Part shown: piece by piece, positions 49,889 to 61,120 of the stretch
How positions within the stretch are numbered: the stretch's first letter is position 1
Layout of the letters: every line of letters starts with the position of its first letter
DNA from: Balanoglossus misakiensis
Taxonomy: Eukaryota; Animalia; Hemichordata
Length of the DNA stretch: 64,000 bases
Assembly: GCA_040954595.2 (NCBI GenBank)
Contig: CM082577.2
Coordinates: 14,019,903-14,083,902, forward strand
Reading direction: 5' to 3'
Notes under the pieces: model-generated
What the model was told of the DNA's origin: nothing
Seen by the model: the letters and a program-made list of their open reading frames with translations, nothing else
The model's database searches: none
Program-made: the position numbers and the translations under genes

Positions 49889-52698
49889 CTGTTAAAAGAG
49901 AGATTAGATCAAATTTAATGGTGCGCCAATAAGAACAGGCTCGGGAAAATAAATGTTAAATTACTGAACGTGAAATTACTGCAGACAAATTAAAGGTATA
50001 CAGTCACCTCCAATTTACATACGCCCATATATGGCTGAAATTGCGTATTTGTGCGTTCTAAAGAACATATGGCGGCGCTCTTTTATCGCGTGTGCCACCC
50101 ACTGAAACCCTGTAATTGGCTAGATCTCAATTTGCCATGGTAACTACAGATAATTTTCCATAGGTGATGTTGTTGAATGACTTGCAACATTGTAGCCAGC
50201 AATAAAGTTCTCTTTGCTAGTTTATTACAAGATTTGGACCACAGTACATTGTACTGAGGCGTGAAAGTGCCCTTAGACCCAGACCAATAAACTATTTCGT
50301 GTGGCTATTTATGAAACATCGAATGATACATTAAAGCCCCATGAGATTGTGCAAGTGGTTTTTATTCAGTAATTCTATGTCATCGGCCCAACATACTTCA
50401 TATTATATATAAATATAAAATACATGTACATACATGTATTCGGATATTTTTAGGAATATCTACCTGTCCCTGAATATCAAGGAGTGACGTGTCACTTTCG
50501 TCATCGCTGATGTCATCAATGTCGTCCCATTTGACGTCAGTTTCCGTTTCTTCCTCTTCTCGTTGACCTTTAGTCCAGAGGGTCACTGTAGAACCTGCTT
50601 TTAGAATCTGACCCGACCTGAAACGATAGCTAAATTCTCGCTCGCCTTTTCTGCGCTTCAATTCATAACCCTCCAGACTTTGATCCTGTAAAACAAAAGT
50701 TTGAAATAAGCTTAGATAGGATGGCATAATACAAACTTTCACTATACAGTGTCTCTCATACGTCTGAACGTTAGCAAAAACAAACGACGTTCATTTAACA
50801 AATGCCCGATTTTTTGACAAATGTTGGTTTCAGAAGCTCTTTTGTAAATACATGTTACGCAAAGCTGAGATCTGTCTGTAACTGCGAACACCGGGTTAAA
50901 AGGTTTTGAACACCCAGGTCAGGAGGCCTTTATCTCATAAAGATACTATAAGCTTACCTAATGTTCGCGGTAATATATTACGGTTGTTATTTTGTACGTA
51001 GGCGTTTGTTGTATTATCAACTGGCAAGATTAAACAAATATCCTTAAAATCGCAAAATTTTCTTGATTCCATGACTAACAGCAAAGTATGCATCATGATC
51101 GTAAATGTTATGATGGAAAGGGATGGATTATTTCATAAAACTTAAGAAACGCCCATATTTACACTATTTTCTATAGCTGTACATTTGAAATGATTGAAAA
51201 CAAAACCAGTAATCTTTTAACACTAAGTTTTTCTCTCCAGCAGACAAAACCTTGATCTATACGCGCAGTTCAGAGGGACTGTGATCTACGTTAGTGATTA
51301 GAGTACCTCCCCGGTTGTATTTTCCAGTTTCAAGAATTTCCTTCCGGCGTCGACTTCGATTTTAATGCTGGGAGCTGGCGAATCAACCTCATCGCTCACT
51401 TCTTCACGCTGTTCCCCGCTTAGGTTGAGTCTGTAATATGAAATGTGAAATATGACGTCAGCGTACTAAAGGCGCCGCGAGACGTTTGATACCTACACAT
51501 ACATGGTCTTTGATATCATTTGTCTTTATATAAGGTTCCGGACTCTGTACGCCCGTTGGTTCGTAACCGATATTGGGACGCTATGGATAGTTTGTTGGTG
51601 TGAATTTCTCTCAATTTTCGTCATTTTACGAAATCAAATACAAATTTCGACCCACCTTTCCTCTTCGATTTCCAACAGTTTCCTAAACTTGTCGATTTCT
51701 TTGTCCAGGAGAAGTCTGTCAGTTTGCGAGTCTGTCTCGACTATGTTTTCTCGCTCCCATTTCAGTTTCAGCAAACGTATTTCCTCGTCTTTCTCTTTGA
51801 TAACGGCCGCCATTTGTTCCGAACTGGAACATAGTTTGGCTTTTCTCTCCTCCAATTCTTTTATCCGTTCCTCCATTAAGATTTGCTGAAACAAACAGAC
51901 AAACAAACAATCAGACGATGAAAAGTAAACTACGACATCGACAGAAAAAAAACGCTTTCAATTTAAGTAGATTAAATAATTAGGGTTTTAAAGGGCGACT
52001 AAGATTATCTGTGCATGTGATTAATGACTTGCTGAGGTTGTTTTTGTTTTGTTTTGTGTTTCAATTATATTGTCTTGTTCCCCTCCCTAAAGTATCAAGA
52101 CATACCCAGTGTTCAAAGACAAATACGTGGTGTAAGGTGGCATTGCATGAAAAGTTGGGATTTTTGCCAAATTTTACTTTTTGTTTACATAAATCGGTAG
52201 GTCTAATACTTCCAGAATATATATGGTTTATGGGAGCCAAACAAGTACACTGGAAAACCCGTCGCTCGAGGGCGCCCTAGAGCGACGGGTTTTCCAGTTT
52301 ACCAAAAAAGAAGCCACGGTTGATAAAGATGAACAAAAATGAAAAATAGCCAAAAGTTATAATTAGCGGCCCAGGCCTTTAAGATAAGCAAATTTATGAT
52401 GACAGTTAAATTGCGATACTTGTCATATGTGTATATAAACGTCGCCGGAAATTGTACAAAGTATTTCATGAGTTCATGTGTCGTACACCATCTTGAAAGT
52501 CTATTAAAATACATGTCGAGAATGGAAATATATACCTGAGCTTTAAACTGTTTTAGCTGACCACCTAACTCGCCGGCCTTAACAACGTGGATGCGGAGTT
52601 CGTAATCCGTTTTGATCAGCAAGCCTTTATCCTCATCGAGTTCCTTCTTTAACTTCCGTATCTGTAAAACACAAGTACGTGAACGGTTTCAGACATTT

Positions 52699-52737
<39 letters not shown>

Positions 52738-52779
52738 GCCATCGCCATCATCATCATCGCAATCATCATCATCATCATC

Positions 52780-52836
<57 letters not shown>

Positions 52837-52874
52837 GCCATCATCATCGCCATCATCATCATCATCGCCATCGC

Positions 52875-52929
<55 letters not shown>

Positions 52930-52938
52930 GCCATCATC

Positions 52939-53003
<65 letters not shown>

Positions 53004-54543
53004 AGGTGACCAAGTGATTTTCTTAACGCACTTTCCGTAGTAAGCTCACCTCTTTCTCGTAGTTGTTTTCCAGATTATCTTTATACAGCCGAAGTTGAGT
53101 TTCGTAATATTCGCTCCATTTTTTCAGAGTAGCCTTCAATTTCATTCTCTCTTCCTCGGCAAGTTTCTTATCTCCTTCAGTAAGCTCGTCCACCATTTCC
53201 TTCTTGGCAACTCTGATCTCTTCCATCTGTTAAAAAGACATTAGTCACGTTATATAGGTGTGAGATTTCTTTAAACTTTTTATGTGTGGATATTACGCCC
53301 GCAACACAAATAATGATTACCCCTGTCAAAGAGGCACATAGATTGAGACATAGGAGTTCATTCAAAACAGAAACACGAATATTTGCATATACAACTGGAG
53401 GCATTTAAAAAATAAAATGAACATATTTCCGTTCTCTTTACATTACAGTTTGCGCGAAGTCTTTGAATGGCACACAAACATCTAAAGACTGAAAGATTCA
53501 GTCGTATGCGGGCGCTCCGGCACATTGCCTATGGCGACCCTTTCCCCCGGTAAAGGGTCAAAGGCATTGCCGCAGCGCCCGCACAGGACTGAATATTTCA
53601 TTCTAACAAACACACTGATGGAGAACACAAATCGTTAATACCTGTTGTGCAAACTGATTTTTAGATGATATTTCTGTCCTATAGGTATCATCAATTTCTT
53701 GTCGCAATTCATGCTCTAAATCGAATTCTTCCCGGGTGCTTTTCGAATCTTCTAATGCTTTGGCAAGATCCTCCCTCAACTGGTCGTTTTCAAGGCTTAG
53801 TCGCGTCACCTCTCTTTCTTTTTCCAAGCGCTCCGTTTCCGAATTCATCAACCTTCAATGATGGCAAAGTCATCAATTTCACAACACAACACAACACAAC
53901 ACAACACAACACAACACAACACAACACAACACAACACAACACAACACAACACAACACAACACAACACAACACAACACAACACAACACAACACATGTATGC
54001 ATGCATGCGTGCGTGCGTGTATAGGCGCGCTCAGTTTGTCCCTCCCTCCCTCCCTCCCTCCATATAATCTCAATCTCTCCTTCCCCAGTCCCTCCCCTCT
54101 GTGTCTCTCTTTCGTTTTTTCTCTTTCGCATTCCCAGCTCCTGCCACCCGAAACACTATTACGTCCCAGTCACCACTGTCGGTAGTGTGTACTTACATTT
54201 GTCTGAGTTCCCTGTTCTTCCCACTCATACCAGATTCCTCCCTGTCGCGATCCGCCCTCTTTTCTTCCACTCTCTGATACAACTTTGCGAGAGACTCCAG
54301 CGACGTTCCATACTTGAGTTTTAATTCATCGATGTCGGAGAAGACAGCCTCCTCACGTGCATTCAAGGCCATCCATACCTTCCTGACACCACTGCCTCCG
54401 GTTTCTATTTTCCTCACCACGTCCACGTAGCTGGCCAGACGCTCGTTTAAGCTGTTCAGTTGTTTTTCATAGTGCCGCACAAGATCGGCGGAGGTTTTCA
54501 CTTCCACTGGATCGACGATTGTATCCAGCGATGCCCCGGGTGT
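49841..54543 (-). CDS. Multi-exon intermediate-filament protein with lamin-tail (Ig-like) domain; 8 exons, 494 aa, N-terminus lies further upstream
   Basis: Exons 54543-54197, 53852-53642, 53226-53050, 52661-52536, 51885-51656, 51430-51307, 50685-50464 and 49888-49841 join via GT-AG in one open frame (1485 nt). Coil-1A motif LNERLASYVDVVRKIE; rod-end motif LDKEIDKFRKLLEIEEER; LTD motif YRFRSGQILKAGSTVTLW. Confidence 0.88.
50464..50685 (-). CDS. IF gene exon: lamin-tail domain
   Basis: ttttgttttacag|DQSLEGYELKRRKGEREFSYRFRSGQILKAGSTVTLWT...TDVKW...TSLLDIQGQ|gtagat; resembles lamin DQS...YRF...LKAG..VTIW...DLVW...TALIN..GE. Confidence 0.9.
51307..51430 (-). CDS. IF gene exon: rod-tail linker and start of the lamin-tail domain
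   Basis: catattacag|(R)LNLSGEQREEVSDEVDSPAPSIKIEVDAGRKFLKLENTTGE|gtactc; phase 2 to 0; not in the ORF track. Confidence 0.85.
51656..51885 (-). CDS. IF gene exon: end of coil 2
   Basis: gtttgtttcag|QILMEERIKELEE...LDKEIDKFRKLLEIEEE(R)|gtgggt; phase-2 intron within the R of EEER, as in lamin/IF genes. Confidence 0.9.
52249..52298. repeat. 50-bp near-perfect palindrome in an IF-gene intron
   Basis: actggaaaacccgtcgctc-g-agggc|gccct-a-gagcgacgggttttccagt; one mismatch, no loop. Confidence 0.9.
52536..52661 (-). CDS. IF gene exon: coil 2 (126 nt)
   Basis: gtgttttacag|IRKLKKELDEDKGLLIKTDYELRIHVVKAGELGGQLKQFKAQ|gtatat; phase 0-0. Confidence 0.85.
52701..53003. repeat. (CAT)n trinucleotide microsatellite with CGC interruptions, about 100 units, intronic
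   Basis: Direct reading; lies between exons 53226-53050 and 52661-52536. Confidence 0.97.
53050..53226 (-). CDS. IF gene exon: end of coil 1b, linker L12 and start of coil 2
   Basis: tgtctttttaacag|MEEIRVAKKEMVDEL...KLKATLKKWSEYYETQLRLYKDNLENNYEKE|gtgagc; phase 0-0. Confidence 0.85.
53642..53852 (-). CDS. IF gene exon: coil 1b
   Basis: cattgaag|(M)LMNSETERLEKEREVTRLSLENDQLREDLAKALE...KNQFAQQ|gtatta; phase 2 to 0; heptad pattern. Confidence 0.8.
53880..53992. repeat. (CACAA)n pentanucleotide microsatellite, intronic
   Basis: About 22 perfect units, followed by short (GCGT)n, (CCCT)n and CT-rich tracts. Confidence 0.97.
54197..54543 (-). CDS. IF gene exon: end of head, coil 1A and start of coil 1b (internal exon)
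   Basis: ttcttctcttctgtttttgtacaag|TPGASLDTIVDPVEVK...EKQLNSLNERLASYVDVVRKIE...ELRQ(M)|gtaagt. No in-frame ATG before coil 1A. Confidence 0.88.
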
Positions 54544-56046
54544 CTTGTACAAAAACAGAAGAGAAGAACGTTCCTCAAATGTCTGTACATGAAACGTCAA
54601 TAAGTCCCCCAAAGTTTAGATCTGTTTCTGCTATGATTTCACTTGTTAAATAACGTTTGAATTGTAAACGGATTCAGTACGGAGTTGCGCACGGTTTATG
54701 CTGTAATTTTACTTTGGGTGCAACTTTGTAAACGAAAAGATATAAAAACACGTTTAATAATGCCAAACAAAAGACGTACGTTGTTGGTTTGCATTGTTTA
54801 TTGACCCTGACTTAATGTGAGATGTACCAGTTAGCCATTCTGTAATCTTTCAAGCGGCTGAAAGCAGAGTCTTTATTGTGTAAGACCTGTATTTCATTTC
54901 CCACAGACTACTATGGTAGAGTTGGAATAAATACTCTTATTTTATAACGTTCCACAGCGAACCGAATCACACTAACTGCAGTCAGGTCAGGGTCTGTTTG
55001 TGCACAGTCTAAATATTCGTGTAGGCAAGTCCACGGATTGTTTTTTTTCCGGGAGAGATCAAAATAGCGCCCCAGTGGTAATTTCGACGAAAATGCATGC
55101 CAACACTAACCTTGCACTACTCTGATGCGTATAACAAAATTACACCACATTCTCTCACACAATTGGGAATTTTGATTGCATCTCAGGATGCTTTCTCCAA
55201 AACTCCTACATATCCATGACCAATACTATTGATCACCAATTCAACTTTTGCGGGAAGAGATTTTCATGTGACCCTAAGACAACAACACATGGCCAATCGC
55301 GTTAAACGGCATAACATTACAATTTTGTTAAACTCTGCGCCAAATAATGCTTTTTCATACAAAGCTTGACAAATTATTAATTTGTAAGCAAATCGTTGCA
55401 ACGGCAATTAAGCAAATCTCGCGAGATATCGCTATGAGTGAAAAATAATCAATTAACATGAGTGTTTAAAAATCATTCCCAACGAAGAACAAATGAAATC
55501 GATGCCGTGTTATTCAAGACAAAGTTGAAGGGGCATATATTATGCACAGCTGACCCCGCGTTGGTTCCCTTATGTTTGCCGATAAACAGTTACTACGTGC
55601 ACAGGCGAGAGGTCTCTTATTTATATCAAGAGAAATGACTACATCAACAATACTATCTCTCATATATTACCTTCTTGTCAGTATTGATTGGTTTCTGGGT
55701 TTTGTTTCGAATGCGCCGAATACACAGTAAAATGAAAGACAGACGCACTGACAGGCATAATGTAGAGTGGTTGTCGCAGCAACGTGACAGATTAGAGTGC
55801 ATGTATGAACGTACGTGTCACCAGGTAGCTTCATGGTGTCACCGACCTTTATACAGTCAAGAAATACTAGCAAAGTGGAGTCTTCCAAATGTTTTATTTC
55901 GGTCATACAGGTACACGTTTTGCTGGATTTGTTTATCTAAGTCGGCACTCTTATCAATCAATATGCATGTGGATTGTTTCTATTGGTTACCACAGCATAG
56001 AAGACAGTGACCGGTCATTTTTTCCTCTGTCCGGTCTTCCCGATAA

Positions 56047-56372
56047 GGCCAAATAAAAAAATGTGTGCTGTTCCGATTACATGGTTTTCAAAAATTGGGC
56101 AGGTGGGTTGGTAGGTGGGGAATTTTTTTTATCTTATATTTTTTTCATTTCTCAGTCCGCTGTAGTGTGGACGAATGACGTCATATTGTTTGTGCGATGC
56201 GCACGATTTCGCAATAGGTCTGGCGTGATTCGCGCAATTTTCAAAAAATTTGTATATATTTGACATCGTTATTTTTACTTCCGGGTTTACGAAGGTTTAA
56301 AAAGTTTAAGGTCGGCGGGTTAAAATTAGGGTAGGTCGGGTAATCGGAACAGCACATCATTTTTAATTGACC
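56047..56372. mobile_element. Harbinger-type MITE, family C copy 2
   Basis: TAA|GGCCAAATAAAAAAATGTGTGCTGTTCCGATTAC ... GTAATCGGAACAGCACATCATTTTTAATTGACC|TAA. Confidence 0.8.
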
Positions 56373-56705
56373 TAATCAGTAAGTGATGACAGAGGGTGTT
56401 GCCAATCAAGACGTGAAGTATACGCACGGTTCAAATGAAGTAACAATTGGGGGAGGGGTCTTTCATAATTGCAATGTCCATTTATTACAATATGTACACA
56501 TATTTTCCCTGCATTTGGTATTCAAGAAATCTGTTCGAAAACTGCATGTCGCTCATATTTAATGGTACTTCGCAACCAACTTCAACAGACACAAGCACTA
56601 CATTCGTCATCACATGAACTTGGTGTGGGACAAGGTCACCATTTTGTTTTAAAATTGAAATAAAACTATGCACATTATTTCTTCAAATTTTATCACATAG
56701 TCGGC

Positions 56706-56873
56706 TAGTCTCGCCAGCCATATCCCCGGTACCTGCGTCTTGAATACATTCTCGGATAAAGTGCGCCACGGGCGGCTGCACTGCGGGTTGCTATCGATCG
56801 CGTCTGCGCTGCTCACCTGTGCATTCAAGCACAGAGGCGTGTAGGTTCGCCTGGTCTGGCTGTAGTTAGACTA
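56706..56873. mobile_element. Possible small GC-rich MITE
   Basis: Imperfect termini tagtctcgccagcca / tggctgtagttagacta; single copy in the window. Confidence 0.35.
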
Positions 56874-59216
56874 ATGTTGAATTCCAGAAAGTGGTAAATG
56901 TTTATATAATTATTGTTGGTGCTCTCTTTAAAATAAACGCCCGTACAAAATATTTGGATGGCCAATACACATGTTCAAGTTTTTGAGCCGTTCATTCTGA
57001 AATTCCACAACACAGTATTATATTAACGAAGATTAACAACACAGTTTGTCAAGTGTGTAAACATTCTCAAGTTTCGGTAATGCTTTGTAACGGTAAAGGT
57101 GATTCGCACATCAATATAGGTTACACGACCATTTGTTGAGTGACCGTCTTTAAATTAATGTTGTTTACCGAAACACTTGTTCGAAAATTGAGGTCTGGCA
57201 CACTTCAAACCGGGTCTGACCGGTTTGAAATATTGAAATAGATGAAGCTCAATAGTCTGTCGTTTAAACGCTATTTCTTTTGTGTTTGCTATCATTCATT
57301 AACGTGAAACGCATCCTAAATTGGGTGCAACTAGCCATAGATAGTACAGACTTCACGAATATGTCTTCGCCATGAACCGATATTGATCACTTTGTGCTCA
57401 GCGAATTCAATTACATGAAATAAATGGAGCCACACAAAAAGCTTGGAAACGATTTGACATTTTATCCACCGACTAGCAACAAGACAATGCATGACCCAAT
57501 GTCTAGATATCGCAGCTTTGATTTGGCATCGTTTGAGCAGTAAATGTGAGGTTAAAGCTATATTGGCTCCACAAATCAATTGCTCAACTTTGGTGAGACA
57601 GACCTTTTTCCGAGTGTGAACTTTTCACCTCAAGGTTGGGCAGAATCAGATAAAGTTAACGATTGACTTTAGAGTCATTAATTTAACCTCCATACACAAT
57701 CAACCAAACATGAAACGCGAACGTGCAGACTCTGCCATATTTATTCCCTCTGAATGACCCCCCGTCGTACTATTTGTATTCGGCCATCAAACAAACCGCG
57801 GCTTTGTTTCCATCGTGTATCTTCTACTTGTATATTGTAAATATTCATCTGTCAAACGGAAAAGAAGTTTATGCAAACAAACGTATAACATTAAGGGGGT
57901 TCAGACAGGACAATTCACGGCGGTGTAGCACCGCGCCTGGACCGGTGTAAAAAATAACCGAAATTGGACACGCTGCGTCGACCTTGGGGCGACTTGTGTG
58001 TTCCTGGTAGGAAGGGGGGTTCGGGGGCCGACGCAAATTCGCGTGTGAGGACGCCTTACGTCGGCCTTGTTGACGCAGTCACATGTTCATATGCGGTAAA
58101 GCAGCATGTGAATGGCGATTTGTTTTGGGTAACGATGGAGACACAATCCCATTTGGCCCAAATTCAGGTACCAGTGTAGTGCAGACACGCAGCAAATCTA
58201 TTCCCCAAAAGGACAGTTACTTTATCTCGCCCTGAATTTCAGTCCGATTGACTAAAGTGAACAACGCTCAAATGGACACCCGTGTATACTAGATTTAATT
58301 GGTTTGAATTTATCCGGGACGTGAAACAGAATTCAAGAAATTAATTTAGCGCTGACCTACTTTTAGAGATATGTTTGTTACTCATCAAAGACAACTGACA
58401 AATTTGGTGGTTCATCTGGAAATCAGATATTTGGTCCGCCGAAAACCCCATTTTTAAATTTATAAAGAGTATTTTGAAATATCTAAAAATCAATATTTTA
58501 TTAGACTCAGGAGCTTGCATGTAAAGTAAAAATAAATTTATTGCGTTATGTATCTGTTGCGTTAGTTAGGCCTTGTTCTTCATTGTTGACATTCTCTATA
58601 AAAAGTCCACGATTTAATAATGATTATTATCACATTGAACGAATGAAGTGCCATTTTCTCCCGCTGTGAGTAGTTTTTCAACAGACAAAATTATTAAATT
58701 ATAAGGAAAGTCAATTTCATTCGAAATGGAATATCTTGAGAAGAATGTCAATAGCTCTTTTTTGCATTGTAAAAAAATAATCCCTTGGTTTGTCTCATAG
58801 TGTGAAAAACAACCAAAATTATCATATAAGCTGCAGTGCCAACTTTAAACATGAAAATGGTCAATTTAAGTACAGTGACTGTCGTACTTTGGTTTGGCTA
58901 GGCAAAGTTTTCCCTACGTGCTATTACCAACGTACTTCACCAGAGATTCGTGGGTGTGTGGTAAATTTGGCTACATGCCAAGTTTGTCGTATACTGGTTC
59001 GATCATCGGATACTCGTACTATTCTTAATCACAAACGCGATAACAGACGACAAATGTAAAATAAGCAACAAACATCCCGCGTTGAATTCGTCAAATTTCC
59101 ATGTTAGATTATTATTAATGTTAGAAAATTGCGTCATCAGGGATGAGACAGAATTCCCGCTGCAGTAGGTACTATTCCAATCCAACATTATGCGTGGGGA
59201 ATACCGTGCGTATATA

Positions 59217-59410
59217 CTGTAAAACGGGACAGGAAATGTTCGCGATATCAAAATAGGCAACTGTTATGCGAGGATTAATTTTCGCATTCTCGTATTTCTC
59301 TCCATTGGTACCTCTGATATATAAAATTACGCGACTTTTTATTTTCACGTTTTTTGACTCTCGCGTATTTCGTGAAAATGTATTGCTCGCGAAAAAAAAA
59401 CGTTTTACAG
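59217..59410. mobile_element. TA-targeting MITE, same family as the element hosting the copia (opposite orientation)
   Basis: TA|CTGTAAAACG ... CGTTTTACAG|TA. Interior cgaggattaattttcgcattctcgtatttctct is the reverse complement of 22507-22539. Confidence 0.85.
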
Positions 59411-61120
59411 TATACATCAAAGCTCTTATACATAGGAATGAAACATGATAAGTGCTATCATTGGACTCAATGAAAATAATTTGTGATTTACGCCTGCATG
59501 AATTTGGACGACTCAGCGTTTTTTATCTGCATCCAATGTTCAAGCTTTGGCAGATTTATTCGGGCATTCCTTAATGATTGATGGGACACTGCAACAAGTT
59601 GAGACCGGCGCATGTGCAGACAAAGCCGACCATGGCTTCTCTGCATGGCTGGGCACTTTAACGGACAAGTACTGCGTCCGGGGTATTTCAGCTATGCCAC
59701 AGCAAACAATAGACTATTTGTGTGCATCCCTGTAATTGTTTGTGGAAAGACAATTTCAAATGCACCAAATAGATGAGTGAATACTACATGCTTGGTTTAT
59801 TTCTCTGTTAAGAATTGCCAAGTTTTAAGTCATTTGTTAAAATTTGACACGGTGTCTCTTTTTCTTCACATAAAGTTGCATTCATTCAAGCCCCCGTGTA
59901 CTCATACTACGCCGGTCTTGATGTTGCAGTATTCTTGGTAACTGTCCAAAAATACCGATATGACGTAAGATTTATTGTTTAATTAATATTCAGTGGCTTT
60001 GTGGCTCAATGCAACAGGCTCTCCCGGTGTGGCCAATGTTTCTCAAAGGCGCCGCGTACATGTATACGTATTGTGGTGAATTTCACAAAGCCAATAAAGG
60101 CGTCGGACACAATGTTAAGAATAGTTTGCCTTTTCAGAACGATTTCGGCATTTTAAGGCCTGTGATTACATTTTAATTAAATACTAAGTTAACAACCAAA
60201 TGTAGGTGAAATTCGAATAACGATGCACCCAAGGCTGGTAGATCTGAATTGACGTCAAACTCATTTCTAGACAATTTACGAGGCTTCGGTCGAAATATTA
60301 CTGAATAAATGACAAAACTTACTAAAACCGCATCAGTCTAAGCCTGTGTCTACAGGCATAGTAGAGATTAGGGAATTTTAATAATATATTTTATCGTCTG
60401 TGAATATGTTTGTACTGTTTTATGTTCTATAGTGCGTTGTCAATTACAGTGGCGTTCTCGTTCGTATTGTTTTGCATTGTCGTCTGGTCTAATCATCAAT
60501 ACGTAATGCGTGACCCCGATAAAGGCTGAGTCTGCGTGAACTGGGTCAAGTAACCCAAATAATTTTAGTGGTTTGCGTCTTCAATTCTTCAGAATAACAA
60601 CACGTTTCGTTGACTGTTATTCAAATATTTGCATGAACTTGGAGTCGAGAATTTTCGCGAGAAGCATTGCCTATAGCATTGTTCAGAATCGTATTGTTTT
60701 AACATTATGTGAACGATGATTAGGCCTGTTGCAAGACAGTGTTTGTACTTTGGGAGTTTGAATATTAACCTTTTGTGTACAGCGCCACAATAACCTTTGA
60801 CAAAGAGAACTAATTGCTGTGTACCCTTATCGTCCTGATAAATGCAGCCATTACTACAGGTTGCTCTCGGTAAGCCGGGAATGAAGGTGACCGAAGGTGA
60901 CTTCATGGCTGAAAAACGATTCAGATATCCCGCATTGTATCGGATCGGATCGTAACCAAAATTGTAACAATTGCTTGCGATTTTTAAATCAAAATCTCCC
61001 GCACTAACACTATCACTGGTGACTACAATGGATGGGGTCAACAGTTTTTTGGTCAATGGTGCATTTTGGAGGAATCGGAACACAAACGTCACGATTTCCC
61101 TAAAAATAAACTGTACATAC

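Noticed and set aside
17780-50340. Scattered TTAAAG(G/C) starts (17780, 46576, 49990, 50331) suggesting Kolobok-like elements
   Set aside because: Matching opposite termini could not be found by eye.
52612-53040. Poly-Ile, poly-Asp, poly-Ser and poly-Met ORFs
   Set aside because: All arise from the intronic (CAT)n microsatellite. Retaining the intron would hit a stop at 53023-53025 in the exon frame.
53665-54185. ORFs with TTQHN or CCVVL repeats
   Set aside because: Translations of the (CACAA)n microsatellite inside an intron.
49841-54543. Calling the IF gene a canonical nuclear lamin (LMN)
   Set aside because: No NLS or CaaX seen and the rod motifs are divergent, so no gene symbol was assigned.
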